From the NCBI RefSeq assembly GCF_964204645.1, contig NC_134035.1, positions 7,844,451-7,908,450 of the forward strand: a stretch of DNA of 64,000 nt. The letters run 5' to 3'. The stretch is from Tubulanus polymorphus. Its lineage: Eukaryota > Animalia > Nemertea. Below the pieces are notes generated by a model. The model was given only the letters and a program-made list of their open reading frames with translations, made no database searches and was not told the DNA's origin. A program made the position numbers and the translations under genes. Below, one piece after another: positions 10,854 to 24,732 of the stretch. Every line of letters starts with the position of its first letter. Position 1 is the stretch's first letter.

Positions 10854-11291
10854 AACAAAACGTATGAATCTAACCGTTTTGATATTACCTTCTCGATAGG
10901 ATCGCCACCTCAGCGAGGCATCCACTTTTTATGTCTCTTTTAACACAGTTTCAATTGCTCAACTGATAAAACCAGGTACAATTATCCATTCGCTCCATCG
11001 AAAGATGTAGAAACAAACGCCTTTCCCTTCGCTCAAGGATCGGCGTTGAATAAGGCGGAGGAAACTATGAGAACAGCTACTTAGCAACACAATCTGTGAC
11101 GTCACATTACCAGAAAACATCCAATCTTCTATCTCTAACAAAGTATCGATTTGGGAATATATCTGCGACAACAAAATTTTGACGGCTTCGTTCAACTAAT
11201 GGCGAAAACGAACAAGCAAATAAACAAACAAATAAACGGCTGTTTACGAGTGCTTTTAATTTTTGAAATAAATCGAGCAAAATTTGAAAAA

Positions 11292-11410
11292 AGTCTACAG
11301 CACCCGGTATTCCCAGGCGGTCACCCATCCAAGTACTAACCGGGCCCGACGTTGCTTAACTTCGGTGATCGGACGAGAACCGGTGCTTTCAACGTGGTAT
11401 GGCCGTAGAC
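11292..11410 (-). rRNA. 5S: 5S rRNA copy 21
   Basis: As copy 1. Confidence 0.98.
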
Positions 11411-11847
11411 AACAAAACGTATCAATCTAACCGTTTTGATATTACCTTCTCGATAGGATCGCCACCTCAGCGAGGCATCCACTTTTTATGTCTCTTTTAA
11501 CACAGTTTCAATTGCTCAACTGATAAAACCAGGTACAATTATCCATTCGCTCCATCGAAAGATGTAGAAACAAACGCCTTTCCCTTCGCTCAAGGATCGG
11601 CGTTGAATAAGGCGGAGGAAACTATGAGAACAGCTACTTAGCAACACAATCTGTGACGTCACATTACCAGAAAACATCCAATCTTCTATCTCTAACAAAC
11701 TATCGATTTGGGAATATATCTGCGACAACAAAATTTTGACGGCTTCGTTCAACTAATGGCGAAACGAACAAGCAAATAAACAAACAAATAAACGGCTGTT
11801 TACGAGTGCTTTTAATTTTTGAAATAAATCGAGCAAAATTTGAAAAA

Positions 11848-11966
11848 AGTCTACAGCACCCGGTATTCCCAGGCGGTCACCCATCCAAGTACTAACCGGG
11901 CCCGACGTTGCTTAACTTCGGTGATCGGACGAGAACCGGTGCTTTCAACGTGGTATGGCCGTAGAC
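11848..11966 (-). rRNA. 5S: 5S rRNA copy 22
   Basis: As copy 1. Confidence 0.98.
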
Positions 11967-12402
11967 AACAAAACGTATCAATCTAACCGTTTTGATATTA
12001 CCTTCTCGATAGGATCGCCACCTCAGCGAGGCATCCACTTTTTATGTCTCTTTTAACACAGTTTCAATTGCTCAACTGATAAAACCAGGTACAATTATCC
12101 ATTCGCTCCATCGAAAGATGTAGAAACAAACGCCTTTCCCTTCGCTCAAGGATCGGCGTTGAATAAGGCGGAGGAAACTATGAGAACAGCTACTTAGCAA
12201 CACAATCTGTGACGTCACATTACCAGAAAACATCCAATCTTCTATCTAACAAAGTATCGATTTGGGAATATATCTGCGACAACAAAATTTTGACAGCTTC
12301 GTTCAACTAATGGCGAAAACGAACAAGCAAATAAACAAACAAATAAACGGCTGTTTGCGAGTGCTTTTAATTTTTGAAATAAATCGAGCAAAATTTGAAA
12401 AA

Positions 12403-12521
12403 AGTCTACAGCACCCGGTATTCCCAGGCGGTCACCCATCCAAGTACTAACCGGGCCCGACGTTGCTTAACTTCGGTGATCGGACGAGAACCGGTGCTTT
12501 CAACGTGGTATGGCCGTAGAC
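12403..12521 (-). rRNA. 5S: 5S rRNA copy 23
   Basis: As copy 1. Confidence 0.98.
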
Positions 12522-12958
12522 AACAAAACGTATAAATCTAACCGTTTTGATATTACCTTCTCGATAGGATCGCCACCTCAGCGAGGCATCCACTTTTTAT
12601 GTCTCTTTTAACACAGTTTCAATTGCTCAACTGATAAAACCAGGTACAATTATCCATTCGCTCCATCGAAAGATGTAGAAACAAACGCCTTTCCCTTCGC
12701 TCAAGGATCGGCGTTGAATAAGGCGGAGGAAACTATGAGAACAGCTACTTAGCAACACAATCTGTGACGTCACATTACCAGAAAACATCCAATCTTCTAT
12801 CTCTAACAAACTATCGATTTGGGAATATATCTGCGACAACAAAATTTTGACGGCTTCGTTCAACTAATGGCGAAACGAACAAGCAAATAAACAAACAAAT
12901 AAACGGCTGTTTACGAGTGCTTTTAATTTTTGAAATAAATCGAGCAAAATTTGAAAAA

Positions 12959-13077
12959 AGTCTACAGCACCCGGTATTCCCAGGCGGTCACCCATCCAAG
13001 TACTAACCGGGCCCGACGTTGCTTAACTTCGGTGATCGGACGAGAACCGGTGCTTTCAACGTGGTATGGCCGTAGAC
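12959..13077 (-). rRNA. 5S: 5S rRNA copy 24
   Basis: As copy 1. Confidence 0.98.
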
Positions 13078-13515
13078 AACAAAACGTATCAATCTAACCG
13101 TTTTGATATTACCTTCTCGATAGGATCGCCACCTCAGCGAGGCATCCACTTTTTATGTCTCTTTTAACACAGTTTCAATTGCTCAACTGATAAAACCAGG
13201 TACAATTATCCATTCGCTCCATCGAAAGATGTAGAAACAAACGCCTTTCCCTTCGCTCAAGGATCGGCGTTGAATAAGGCGGAGGAAACTATGAGAACAG
13301 CTACTTAGCAACACAATCTGTGACGTCACATTACCAGAAAACATCCAATCTTCTATCTCTAACAAAGTATCGATTTGGGAATATATCTGCGACAACAAAA
13401 TTTTGACGGCTTCGTTCAACTAATGGCGAAAACGAACAAGCAAATAAACAAACAAATAAACGGCTGTTTACGAGTGCTTTTAATTTTTGAAATAAATCGA
13501 GCAAAATTTGAAAAA

Positions 13516-13634
13516 AGTCTACAGCACCCGGTATTCCCAGGCGGTCACCCATCCAAGTACTAACCGGGCCCGACGTTGCTTAACTTCGGTGATCGGACGA
13601 GAACCGGTGCTTTCAACGTGGTATGGCCGTAGAC
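13516..13634 (-). rRNA. 5S: 5S rRNA copy 25
   Basis: As copy 1. Confidence 0.98.
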
Positions 13635-14070
13635 AACAAAACGTATCAATCTAACCGTTTTGATATTACCTTCTCGATAGGATCGCCACCTCAGCGAGGC
13701 ATCCACTTTTTATGTCTCTTTTAACACAGTTTCAATTGCTCAACTGATAAAACCAGGTACAATTATCCATTCGCTCCATCGAAAGATGTAGAAACAAACG
13801 CCTTTCCCTTCGCTCAAGGATCGGCGTTGAATAAGGCGGAGGAAACTATGAGAACAGCTACTTAGCAACACAATCTGTGACGTCACATTACCAGAAAACA
13901 TCCAATCTTCTATCTAACAAAGTATCGATTTGGGAATATATCTGCGACAACAAAATTTTGACAGCTTCGTTCAACTAATGGCGAAAACAAACAAGCAAAT
14001 AAACAAACAAATAAACGGCTGTTTGCGAGTGCTTTTAATTTTTGAAATAAATCGAGCAAAATTTGAAAAA

Positions 14071-14189
14071 AGTCTACAGCACCCGGTATTCCCAGGCGGT
14101 CACCCATCCAAGTACTAACCGGGCCCGACGTTGCTTAACTTCGGTGATCGGACGAGAACCGGTGCTTTCAACGTGGTATGGCCGTAGAC
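14071..14189 (-). rRNA. 5S: 5S rRNA copy 26
   Basis: As copy 1. Confidence 0.98.
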
Positions 14190-14627
14190 AACAAAACGTA
14201 TCAATCTAACCGTTTTGATATTACCTTCTCGATAGGATCGCCACCTCAGCGAGGCATCCACTTTTTATGTCTCTTTTAACACAGTTTCAATTGCTCAACT
14301 GATAAAACCAGGTACAATTATCCATTCGCTCCATCGAAAGATGTAGAAACAAACGCCTTTCCCTTCGCTCAAGGATCGGCGTTGAATAAGGCGGAGGAAA
14401 CTATGAGAACAGCTACTTAGCAACACAATCTGTGACGTCACATTACCAGAAAACATCCAATCTTCTATCTCTAACAAAGTATCGATTTGGGAATATGTCT
14501 GCGACAACAAAATTTTGACGGCTTCGTTCAACTAATGGCGAAAACGAACAAGCAAATAAACAAACAAATAAACGGCTGTTTACGAGTGCTTTTAATTTTT
14601 GAAATAAATCGAGCAAAATTTGAAAAA

Positions 14628-14746
14628 AGTCTACAGCACCCGGTATTCCCAGGCGGTCACCCATCCAAGTACTAACCGGGCCCGACGTTGCTTAACTTCG
14701 GTGATCGGACGAGAACCGGTGCTTTCAACGTGGTATGGCCGTAGAC
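14628..14746 (-). rRNA. 5S: 5S rRNA copy 27
   Basis: As copy 1. Confidence 0.98.
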
Positions 14747-15183
14747 AACAAAACGTATCAATCTAACCGTTTTGATATTACCTTCTCGATAGGATCGCCA
14801 CCTCAGCGAGGCATCCACTTTTTATGTCTCTTTTAACACAGTTTCAATTGCTCAACTGATAAAACCAGGTACAATTATCCATTCGCTCCATCGAAAGATG
14901 TAGAAACAAACGCCTTTCCCTTCGCTCAAGGATCGGCGTTGAATAAGGCGGAGGAAACTATGAGAACAGCTACTTAGCAACACAATCTGTGACGTCACAT
15001 TACCAGAAAACATCCAATCTTCTATCTCTAACAAACTATCGATTTGGGAATATATCTGCGACAACAAAATTTTGACGGCTTCGTTCAACTAATGGCGAAA
15101 CGAACAAGCAAATAAACAAACAAATAAACGGCTGTTTACGAGTGCTTTTAATTTTTGAAATAAATCGAGCAAAATTTGAAAAA

Positions 15184-15302
15184 AGTCTACAGCACCCGGT
15201 ATTCCCAGGCGGTCACCCATCCAAGTACTAACCGGGCCCGACGTTGCTTAACTTCGGTGATCGGACGAGAACCGGTGCTTTCAACGTGGTATGGCCGTAG
15301 AC
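15184..15302 (-). rRNA. 5S: 5S rRNA copy 28
   Basis: As copy 1. Confidence 0.98.
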
Positions 15303-15740
15303 AACAAAACGTATCAATCTAACCGTTTTGATATTACCTTCTCGATAGGATCGCCACCTCAGCGAGGCATCCACTTTTTATGTCTCTTTTAACACAGTTT
15401 CAATTGCTCAACTGATAAAACCAGGTACAATTATCCATTCGCTCCATCGAAAGATGTAGAAACAAACGCCTTTCCCTTCGCTCAAGGATCGGCGTTGAAT
15501 AAGGCGGAGGAAACTATGAGAACAGCTACTTAGCAACACAATCTGTGACGTCACATTACCAGAAAACATCCAATCTTCTATCTCTAACAAAGTATCGATT
15601 TGGGAATATATCTGCGACAACAAAATTTTGACGGCTTCGTTCAACTAATGGCGAAAACGAACAAGCAAATAAACAAACAAATAAACGGCTGTTTACGAGT
15701 GCTTTTAATTTTTGAAATAAATCGAGCAAAATTTGAAAAA

Positions 15741-15859
15741 AGTCTACAGCACCCGGTATTCCCAGGCGGTCACCCATCCAAGTACTAACCGGGCCCGACG
15801 TTGCTTAACTTCGGTGATCGGACGAGAACCGGTGCTTTCAACGTGGTATGGCCGTAGAC
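15741..15859 (-). rRNA. 5S: 5S rRNA copy 29
   Basis: As copy 1. Confidence 0.98.
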
Positions 15860-16295
15860 AACAAAACGTATCAATCTAACCGTTTTGATATTACCTTCTC
15901 GATAGGATCGCCACCTCAGCGAGGCATCCACTTTTTATGTCTCTTTTAACACAGTTTCAATTGCTCAACTGATAAAACCAGGTACAATTATCCATTCGCT
16001 CCATCGAAAGATGTAGAAACAAACGCCTTTCCCTTCGCTCAAGGATCGGCGTTGAATAAGGCGGAGGAAACTATGAGAACAGCTACTTAGCAACACAATC
16101 TGTGACGTCACATTACCAGAAAACATCCAATCTTCTATCTAACAAAGTATCGATTTGGGAATATATCTGCGACAACAAAATTTTGACAGCTTCGTTCAAC
16201 TAATGGCGAAAACAAACAAGCAAATAAACAAACAAATAAACGGCTGTTTGCGAGTGCTTTTAATTTTTGAAATAAATCGAGCAAAATTTGAAAAA

Positions 16296-16414
16296 AGTCT
16301 ACAGCACCCGGTATTCCCAGGCGGTCACCCATCCAAGTACTAACCGGGCCCGACGTTGCTTAACTTCGGTGATCGGACGAGAACCGGTGCTTTCAACGTG
16401 GTATGGCCGTAGAC
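16296..16414 (-). rRNA. 5S: 5S rRNA copy 30
   Basis: As copy 1. Confidence 0.98.
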
Positions 16415-16852
16415 AACAAAACGTATCAATCTAACCGTTTTGATATTACCTTCTCGATAGGATCGCCACCTCAGCGAGGCATCCACTTTTTATGTCTCTT
16501 TTAACACAGTTTCAATTGCTCAACTGATAAAACCAGGTACAATTATCCATTCGCTCCATCGAAAGATGTAGAAACAAACGCCTTTCCCTTCGCTCAAGGA
16601 TCGGCGTTGAATAAGGCGGAGGAAACTATGAGAACAGCTACTTAGCAACACAATCTGTGACGTCACATTACCAGAAAACATCCAATCTTCTATCTCTAAC
16701 AAAGTATCGATTTGGGAATATGTCTGCGACAACAAAATTTTGACGGCTTCGTTCAACTAATGGCGAAAACGAACAAGCAAATAAACAAACAAATAAACGG
16801 CTGTTTACGAGTGCTTTTAATTTTTGAAATAAATCGAGCAAAATTTGAAAAA

Positions 16853-16971
16853 AGTCTACAGCACCCGGTATTCCCAGGCGGTCACCCATCCAAGTACTAA
16901 CCGGGCCCGACGTTGCTTAACTTCGGTGATCGGACGAGAACCGGTGCTTTCAACGTGGTATGGCCGTAGAC
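16853..16971 (-). rRNA. 5S: 5S rRNA copy 31
   Basis: As copy 1. Confidence 0.98.
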
Positions 16972-17409
16972 AACAAAACGTATCAATCTAACCGTTTTGA
17001 TATTACCTTCTCGATAGGATCGCCACCTCAGCGAGGCATCCACTTTTTATGTCTCTTTTAACACAGTTTCAATTGCTCAACTGATAAAACCAGGTACAAT
17101 TATCCATTCGCTCCATCGAAAGATGTAGAAACAAACGCCTTTCCCTTCGCTCAAGGATCGGCGTTGAATAAGGCGGAGGAAACTATGAGAACAGCTACTT
17201 AGCAACACAATCTGTGACGTCACATTACCAGAAAACATCCAATCTTCTATCTCTAACAAAGTATCGATTTGGGAATATATCTGCGACAACAAAATTTTGA
17301 CGGCTTCGTTCAACTAATGGCGAAAACGAACAAGCAAATAAACAAACAAATAAACGGCTGTTTACGAGTGCTTTTAATTTTTGAAATAAATCGAGCAAAA
17401 TTTGAAAAA

Positions 17410-17528
17410 AGTCTACAGCACCCGGTATTCCCAGGCGGTCACCCATCCAAGTACTAACCGGGCCCGACGTTGCTTAACTTCGGTGATCGGACGAGAACCG
17501 GTGCTTTCAACGTGGTATGGCCGTAGAC
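17410..17528 (-). rRNA. 5S: 5S rRNA copy 32
   Basis: As copy 1. Confidence 0.98.
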
Positions 17529-17964
17529 AACAAAACGTATCAATCTAACCGTTTTGATATTACCTTCTCGATAGGATCGCCACCTCAGCGAGGCGTCCAC
17601 TTTTTATGTCTCTTTTAACAGAGTTTCAATTGCTCAACTGATAAAACCAGGTACAATTATCCATTCGCTCCATCGAAAGATGTAGAAACAAACGCCTTTC
17701 CCGTCGCTCAAGGATCGGCGTTGAATAAGGCGGAGGAAACTATGAGAACAGCTACTTAGCAACACAATCTGTGACGTCACATTACCAGAAAACATCCAAT
17801 CTTCTATCTAACAAAGTATCGATTTGGGAATATATCTGCGACAACAAAATTTTGACAGCTTCGTTCAACTAATGGCGAAAACAAACAAGCAAATAAACAA
17901 ACAAATAAACGGCTGTTTGCGAGTGCTTTTAATTTTTGAAATAAATCGAGCAAAATTTGAAAAA

Positions 17965-18083
17965 AGTCTACAGCACCCGGTATTCCCAGGCGGTCACCCA
18001 TCCAAGTACTAACCGGGCCCGACGTTGCTTAACTTCGGTGATCGGACGAGAACCGGTGCTTTCAACGTGGTATGGCCGTAGAC
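17965..18083 (-). rRNA. 5S: 5S rRNA copy 33
   Basis: As copy 1. Confidence 0.98.
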
Positions 18084-18521
18084 AACAAAACGTATCAATC
18101 TAACCGTTTTGATATTACCTTCTCGATAGGATCGCCACCTCAGCGAGGCATCCACTTTTTATGTCTCTTTTAACACAGTTTCAATTGCTCAACTGATAAA
18201 ACCAGGTACAATTATCCATTCGCTCCATCGAAAGATGTAGAAACAAACGCCTTTCCCTTCGCTCAAGGATCGGCGTTGAATAAGGCGGAGGAAACTATGA
18301 GAACAGCTACTTAGCAACACAATCTGTGACGTCACATTACCAGAAAACATCCAATCTTCTATCTCTAACAAAGTATCGATTTGGGAATATATCTGCGACA
18401 ACAAAATTTTGACACGTTCGTTCAACTAATGGCGTAAACAAACAAGCAAATAAACAAACAAATAAACGGCTGTTTGCGAGTGCTTTTAATTTTTGAAATA
18501 AATCGAGCAAAATTTGAAAAA

Positions 18522-18640
18522 AGTCTACAGCACCCGGTATTCCCAGGCGGTCACCCATCCAAGTACTAACCGGGCCCGACGTTGCTTAACTTCGGTGATC
18601 GGACGAGAACCGGTGCTTTCAACGTGGTATGGCCGTAGAC
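18522..18640 (-). rRNA. 5S: 5S rRNA copy 34
   Basis: As copy 1. Confidence 0.98.
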
Positions 18641-19078
18641 AACAAAACGTATCAATCTAACCGTTTTGATATTACCTTCTCGATAGGATCGCCACCTCAG
18701 CGAGGCATCCACTTTTTATGTCTCTTTTAACACAGTTTCAATTGCTCAACTGATAAAACCAGGTACAATTATCCATTCGCTCCATCGAAAGATGTAGAAA
18801 CAAACGCCTTTCCCTTCGCTCAAGGATCGGCGTTGAATAAGGCGGAGGAAACTATGAGAACAGCTACTTAGCAACACAATCTGTGACGTCACATTACCAG
18901 AAAACATCCAATCTTCTATCTCTAACAAAGTATCGATTTGGGAATATATCTGCGACAACAAAATTTTGACACCTTCGTTCAACTAATGGCGTAAACAAAC
19001 AAGCAAATAAACAAACAAATAAACGGCTGTTTGCGAGTGCTTTTAATTTTTGAAATAAATCGAGCAAAATTTGAAAAA

Positions 19079-19197
19079 AGTCTACAGCACCCGGTATTCC
19101 CAGGCGGTCACCCATCCAAGTACTAACCGGGCCCGACGTTGCTTAACTTCGGTGATCGGACGAGAACCGGTGCTTTCAACGTGGTATGGCCGTAGAC
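19079..19197 (-). rRNA. 5S: 5S rRNA copy 35
   Basis: As copy 1. Confidence 0.98.
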
Positions 19198-19635
19198 AAC
19201 AAAACGTATCAATCTAACCGTTTTGATATTACCTTCTCGATAGGATCGCCACCTCAGCGAGGCATCCACTTTTTATGTCTCTTTTAACACAGTTTCAATT
19301 GCTCAACTGATAAAACCAGGTACAATTATCCATTCGCTCCATCGAAAGATGTAGAAACAAACGCCTTTCCCTTCGCTCAAGGATCGGCGTTGAATAAGGC
19401 GGAGGAAACTATGAGAACAGCTACTTAGCAACACAATCTGTGACGTCACATTACCAGAAAACATCCAATCTTCTATCTCTAACAAAGTATCGATTTGGGA
19501 ATATATCTGCGACAACAAAATTTTGACACGTTCGTTCAACTAATGGCGTAAACAAACAAGCAAATAAACAAACAAATAAACGGCTGTTTGCGAGTGCTTT
19601 TAATTTTTGAAATAAATCGAGCAAAATTTGAAAAA

Positions 19636-19754
19636 AGTCTACAGCACCCGGTATTCCCAGGCGGTCACCCATCCAAGTACTAACCGGGCCCGACGTTGCT
19701 TAACTTCGGTGATCGGACGAGAACCGGTGCTTTCAACGTGGTATGGCCGTAGAC
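19636..19754 (-). rRNA. 5S: 5S rRNA copy 36
   Basis: As copy 1. Confidence 0.98.
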
Positions 19755-20192
19755 AACAAAACGTATCAATCTAACCGTTTTGATATTACCTTCTCGATAG
19801 GATCGCCACCTCAGCGAGGCATCCACTTTTTATGTCTCTTTTAACACAGTTTCAATTGCTCAACTGATAAAACCAGGTACAATTATCCATTCGCTCCATC
19901 GAAAGATGTAGAAACAAACGCCTTTCCCTTCGCTCAAGGATCGGCGTTGAATAAGGCGGAGGAAACTATGAGAACAGCTACTTAGCAACACAATCTGTGA
20001 CGTCACATTACCAGAAAACATCCAATCTTCTATCTCTAACAAAGTATCGATTTGGGAATATATCTGCGACAACAAAATTTTGACGGCTTCGTTCAACTAA
20101 TGGCGAAAACGAACAAGCAAATAAACAAACAAATAAACGGCTGTTTACGAGTGCTTTTAATTTTTGAAATAAATCGAGCAAAATTTGAAAAA

Positions 20193-20311
20193 AGTCTACA
20201 GCACCCGGTATTCCCAGGCGGTCACCCATCCAAGTACTCACCGGGCCCGACGTTGCTTAACTTCGGTGATCGGACGAGAACCGGTGCTTTCAACGTGGTA
20301 TGGCCGTAGAC
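20193..20311 (-). rRNA. 5S: 5S rRNA copy 37 (U73G variant; 31-bp upstream deletion)
   Basis: As copy 1; substitution at 20239. Confidence 0.96.
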
Positions 20312-20718
20312 AACAAAACGTATCAATCTAACCGTTTTGATATTACCTTCACTTTTTATGTCTCTTTTAACACAGTTTCAATTGCTCAACTGATAAAACC
20401 AGGTACAATTATCCATTCGCTCCATCGAAAGATGTAGAAACAAACGCCTTTCCCTTCGCTCAAGGATCGGCGTTGAATAAGGCGGAGGAAACTATGAGAA
20501 CAGCTACTTAGCAACACAATCTGTGACGTCACATTACCAGAAAACATCCAATCTTCTATCTCTAACAAAGTATCGATTTGGGAATATATCTGCGACAACA
20601 AAATTTTGACGGCTTCGTTCAACTAATGGCGAAAACGAACAAGCAAATAAACAAACAAATAAACGGCTGTTTACGAGTGCTTTTAATTTTTGAAATAAAT
20701 CGAGCAAAATTTGAAAAA

Positions 20719-20837
20719 AGTCTACAGCACCCGGTATTCCCAGGCGGTCACCCATCCAAGTACTAACCGGGCCCGACGTTGCTTAACTTCGGTGATCGGA
20801 CGAGAACCGGTGCTTTCAACGTGGTATGGCCGTAGAC
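20719..20837 (-). rRNA. 5S: 5S rRNA copy 38
   Basis: As copy 1. Confidence 0.98.
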
Positions 20838-21275
20838 AACAAAACGTATAAATCTAACCGTTTTGATATTACCTTCTCGATAGGATCGCCACCTCAGCGA
20901 GGCATCCACTTTTTATGTCTCTTTTAACACAGTTTCAATTGCTCAACTGATAAAACCAGGTACAATTATCCATTCGCTCCATCGAAAGATGTAGAAACAA
21001 ACGCCTTTCCCTTCGCTCAAGGATCGGCGTTGAATAAGGCGGAGGAAACTATGAGAACAGCTACTTAGCAACACAATCTGTGACGTCACATTACCAGAAA
21101 ACATCCAATCTTCTATCTCTAACAAAGTATCGATTTGGGAATATATCTGCGACAACAAAATTTTGACGGCTTCGTTCAACTAATGGCGAAAACGAACAAG
21201 CAAATAAACAAACAAATAAACGGCTGTTTACGAGTGCTTTTAATTTTTGAAATAAATCGAGCAAAATTTGAAAAA

Positions 21276-21394
21276 AGTCTACAGCACCCGGTATTCCCAG
21301 GCGGTCACCCATCCAAGTACTAACCGGGCCCGACGTTGCTTAACTTCGGTGATCGGACGAGAACCGGTGCTTTCAACGTGGTATGGCCGTAGAC
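21276..21394 (-). rRNA. 5S: 5S rRNA copy 39
   Basis: As copy 1. Confidence 0.98.
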
Positions 21395-21832
21395 AACAAA
21401 ACGTATCAATCTAACCGTTTTGATATTACCTTCTCGATAGGATCGCCACCTCAGCGAGGCATCCACTTTTTATGTCTCTTTTAACACAGTTTCAATTGCT
21501 CAACTGATAAAACCAGGTACAATTATCCATTCGCTCCATCGAAAGATGTAGAAACAAACGCCTTTCCCTTCGCTCAAGGATCGGCGTTGAATAAGGCGGA
21601 GGAAACTATGAGAACAGCTACTTAGCAACACAATCTGTGACGTCACATTACCAGAAAACATCCAATCTTCTATCTCTAACAAAGTATCGATTTGGGAATA
21701 TATCTGCGACAACAAAATTTTGACACCTTCGTTCAACTAATGGCGTAAACAAACAAGCAAATAAACAAACAAATAAACGGCTGTTTGCGAGTGCTTTCAA
21801 TTTTTGAAATAAATCGAGCAAAATTTGAAAAA

Positions 21833-21951
21833 AGTCTACAGCACCCGGTATTCCCAGGCGGTCACCCATCCAAGTACTAACCGGGCCCGACGTTGCTTAA
21901 CTTCGGTGATCGGACGAGAACCGGTGCTTTCAACGTGGTATGGCCGTAGAC
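21833..21951 (-). rRNA. 5S: 5S rRNA copy 40
   Basis: As copy 1. Confidence 0.98.
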
Positions 21952-22387
21952 AACAAAACGTATAAATCTAACCGTTTTGATATTACCTTCTCGATAGGAT
22001 CGCCACCTCAGCGAGGCATCCACTTTTTATGTCTCTTTTAACACAGTTTCAATTGCTCAACTGATAAAACCAGGTACAATTATCCATTCGCTCCATCGAA
22101 AGATGTAGAAACAAACGCCTTTCCCTTCGCTCAAGGATCGGCGTTGAATAAGGCGGATGAAACTATGAGAACAGCTACTTAGCAAGACAATCTGTGACGT
22201 CACATTACCAGAAAACATCCAATCTTCTATCTAACAAAGTATCAATTTGGGAATATATCTGCGACAACAAAATTTTGACAGCTTCGTTCAACTAATGGCG
22301 AAAACAAACAAGCAAATAAACAAACAAATAAACGGCTGTTTGCGAGTGCTTTTAATTTTTGAAATAAATCGAGCAAAATTTGAAAAA

Positions 22388-22506
22388 AGTCTACAGCACC
22401 CGGTATTCCCAGGCGGTCACCCATCCAAGTACTAACCGGGCCCGACGTTGCTTAACTTCGGTGATCGGACGAGAACCGGTGCTTTCAACGTGGTATGGCC
22501 GTAGAC
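22388..22506 (-). rRNA. 5S: 5S rRNA copy 41
   Basis: As copy 1. Confidence 0.98.
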
Positions 22507-22942
22507 AACAAAACGTATAAATCTAACCGTTTTGATATTACCTTCTCGATAGGATCGCCACCTCAGCGAGGCATCCACTTTTTATGTCTCTTTTAACACA
22601 GTTTCAATTGCTCAACTGATAAAACCAGGTACAATTATCCATTCGCTCCATCGAAAGATGTAGAAACAAACGCCTTTCCCTTCGCTCAAGGATCGGCGTT
22701 GAATAAGGCGGAGGAAACTATGAGAACAGCTACTTAGCAACACAATCTGTGACGTCACATTACCAGAAAACATCCAATCTTCTATCTAACAAAGTATCGA
22801 TTTGGGAATATATCTGCGACAACAAAATTTTGACGGCTTCGTTCAACTAATGGCGAAAACGAACAAGCAAATAAACAAACAAATAAACGGCTGTTTACGA
22901 GTGCTTTTAATTTTTGAAATAAATCGAGCAAAATTTGAAAAA

Positions 22943-23061
22943 AGTCTACAGCACCCGGTATTCCCAGGCGGTCACCCATCCAAGTACTAACCGGGCCCGA
23001 CGTTGCTTAACTTCGGTGATCGGACGAGAACCGGTGCTTTCAACGTGGTATGGCCGTAGAC
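22943..23061 (-). rRNA. 5S: 5S rRNA copy 42
   Basis: As copy 1. Confidence 0.98.
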
Positions 23062-23499
23062 AACAAAACGTATCAATCTAACCGTTTTGATATTACCTTC
23101 TCGATAGGATCGCCACCTCAGCGAGGCATCCACTTTTTATGTCTCTTTTAACACAGTTTCAATTGCTCAACTGATAAAACCAGGTACAATTATCCATTCG
23201 CTCCATCGAAAGATGTAGAAACAAACGCCTTTCCCTTCGCTCAAGGATCGGCGTTGAATAAGGCGGAGGAAACTATGAGAACAGCTACTTAGCAACACAA
23301 TCTGTGACGTCACATTACCAGAAAACATCCAATCTTCTATCTCTAACAAAGTATCGATTTGGGAATATATCTGCGACAACAAAATTTTGACGGCTTCGTT
23401 CAACTAATGGCGAAAACGAACAAGCAAATAAACAAACAAATAAACGGCTGTTTACGAGTGCTTTTAATTTTTGAAATAAATCGAGCAAAATTTGAAAAA

Positions 23500-23618
23500 A
23501 GTCTACAGCACCCGGTATTCCCAGGCGGTCACCCATCCAAGTACTAACCGGGCCCGACGTTGCTTAACTTCGGTGATCGGACGAGAACCGGTGCTTTCAA
23601 CGTGGTATGGCCGTAGAC
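23500..23618 (-). rRNA. 5S: 5S rRNA copy 43
   Basis: As copy 1. Confidence 0.98.
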
Positions 23619-24056
23619 AACAAAACGTATCAATCTAACCGTTTTGATATTACCTTCTCGATAGGATCGCCACCTCAGCGAGGCATCCACTTTTTATGTC
23701 TCTTTTAACACAGTTTCAATTGCTCAACTGATAAAACCAGGTACAATTATCCATTCGCTCCATCGAAAGATGTAGAAACAAACGCCTTTCCCTTCGCTCA
23801 AGGATCGGCGTTGAATAAGGCGGAGGAAACTATGAGAACAGCTACTTAGCAACACAATCTGTGACGTCACATTACCAGAAAACATCCAATCTTCTATCTC
23901 TAACAAAGTATCGATTTGGGAATATATCTGCGACAACAAAATTTTGACACGTTCGTTCAACTAATGGCGAAAACAAACAAGCAAATAAACAAACAAATAA
24001 ACGGCTGTTTGCGAGTGCTTTTAATTTTTGAAATAAATCGAGCAAAATTTGAAAAA

Positions 24057-24175
24057 AGTCTACAGCACCCGGTATTCCCAGGCGGTCACCCATCCAAGTA
24101 CTAACCGGGCCCGACGTTGCTTAACTTCGGTGATCGGACGAGAACCGGTGCTTTCAACGTGGTATGGCCGTAGAC
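24057..24175 (-). rRNA. 5S: 5S rRNA copy 44
   Basis: As copy 1. Confidence 0.98.
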
Positions 24176-24613
24176 AACAAAACGTATCAATCTAACCGTT
24201 TTGATATTACCTTCTCGATAGGATCGCCACCTCAGCGAGGCATCCACTTTTTATGTCTCTTTTAACACAGTTTCAATTGCTCAACTGATAAAACCAGGTA
24301 CAATTATCCATTCGCTCCATCGAAAGATGTAGAAACAAACGCCTTTCCCTTCGCTCAAGGATCGGCGTTGAATAAGGCGGAGGAAACTATGAGAACAGCT
24401 ACTTAGCAACACAATCTGTGACGTCACATTACCAGAAAACATCCAATCTTCTATCTCTAACAAAGTATCGATTTGGGAATATATCTGCGACAACAAAATT
24501 TTGACGGCTTCGTTCAACTAATGGCGAAAACGAACAAGCAAATAAACAAACAAATAAACGGCTGTTTACGAGTGCTTTTAATTTTTGAAATAAATCGAGC
24601 AAAATTTGAAAAA

Positions 24614-24732
24614 AGTCTACAGCACCCGGTATTCCCAGGCGGTCACCCATCCAAGTACTCACCGGGCCCGACGTTGCTTAACTTCGGTGATCGGACGAGA
24701 ACCGGTGCTTTCAACGTGGTATGGCCGTAGAC
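24614..24732 (-). rRNA. 5S: 5S rRNA copy 45 (U73G variant; 31-bp upstream deletion)
   Basis: As copy 1; substitution at 24660. Confidence 0.96.
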
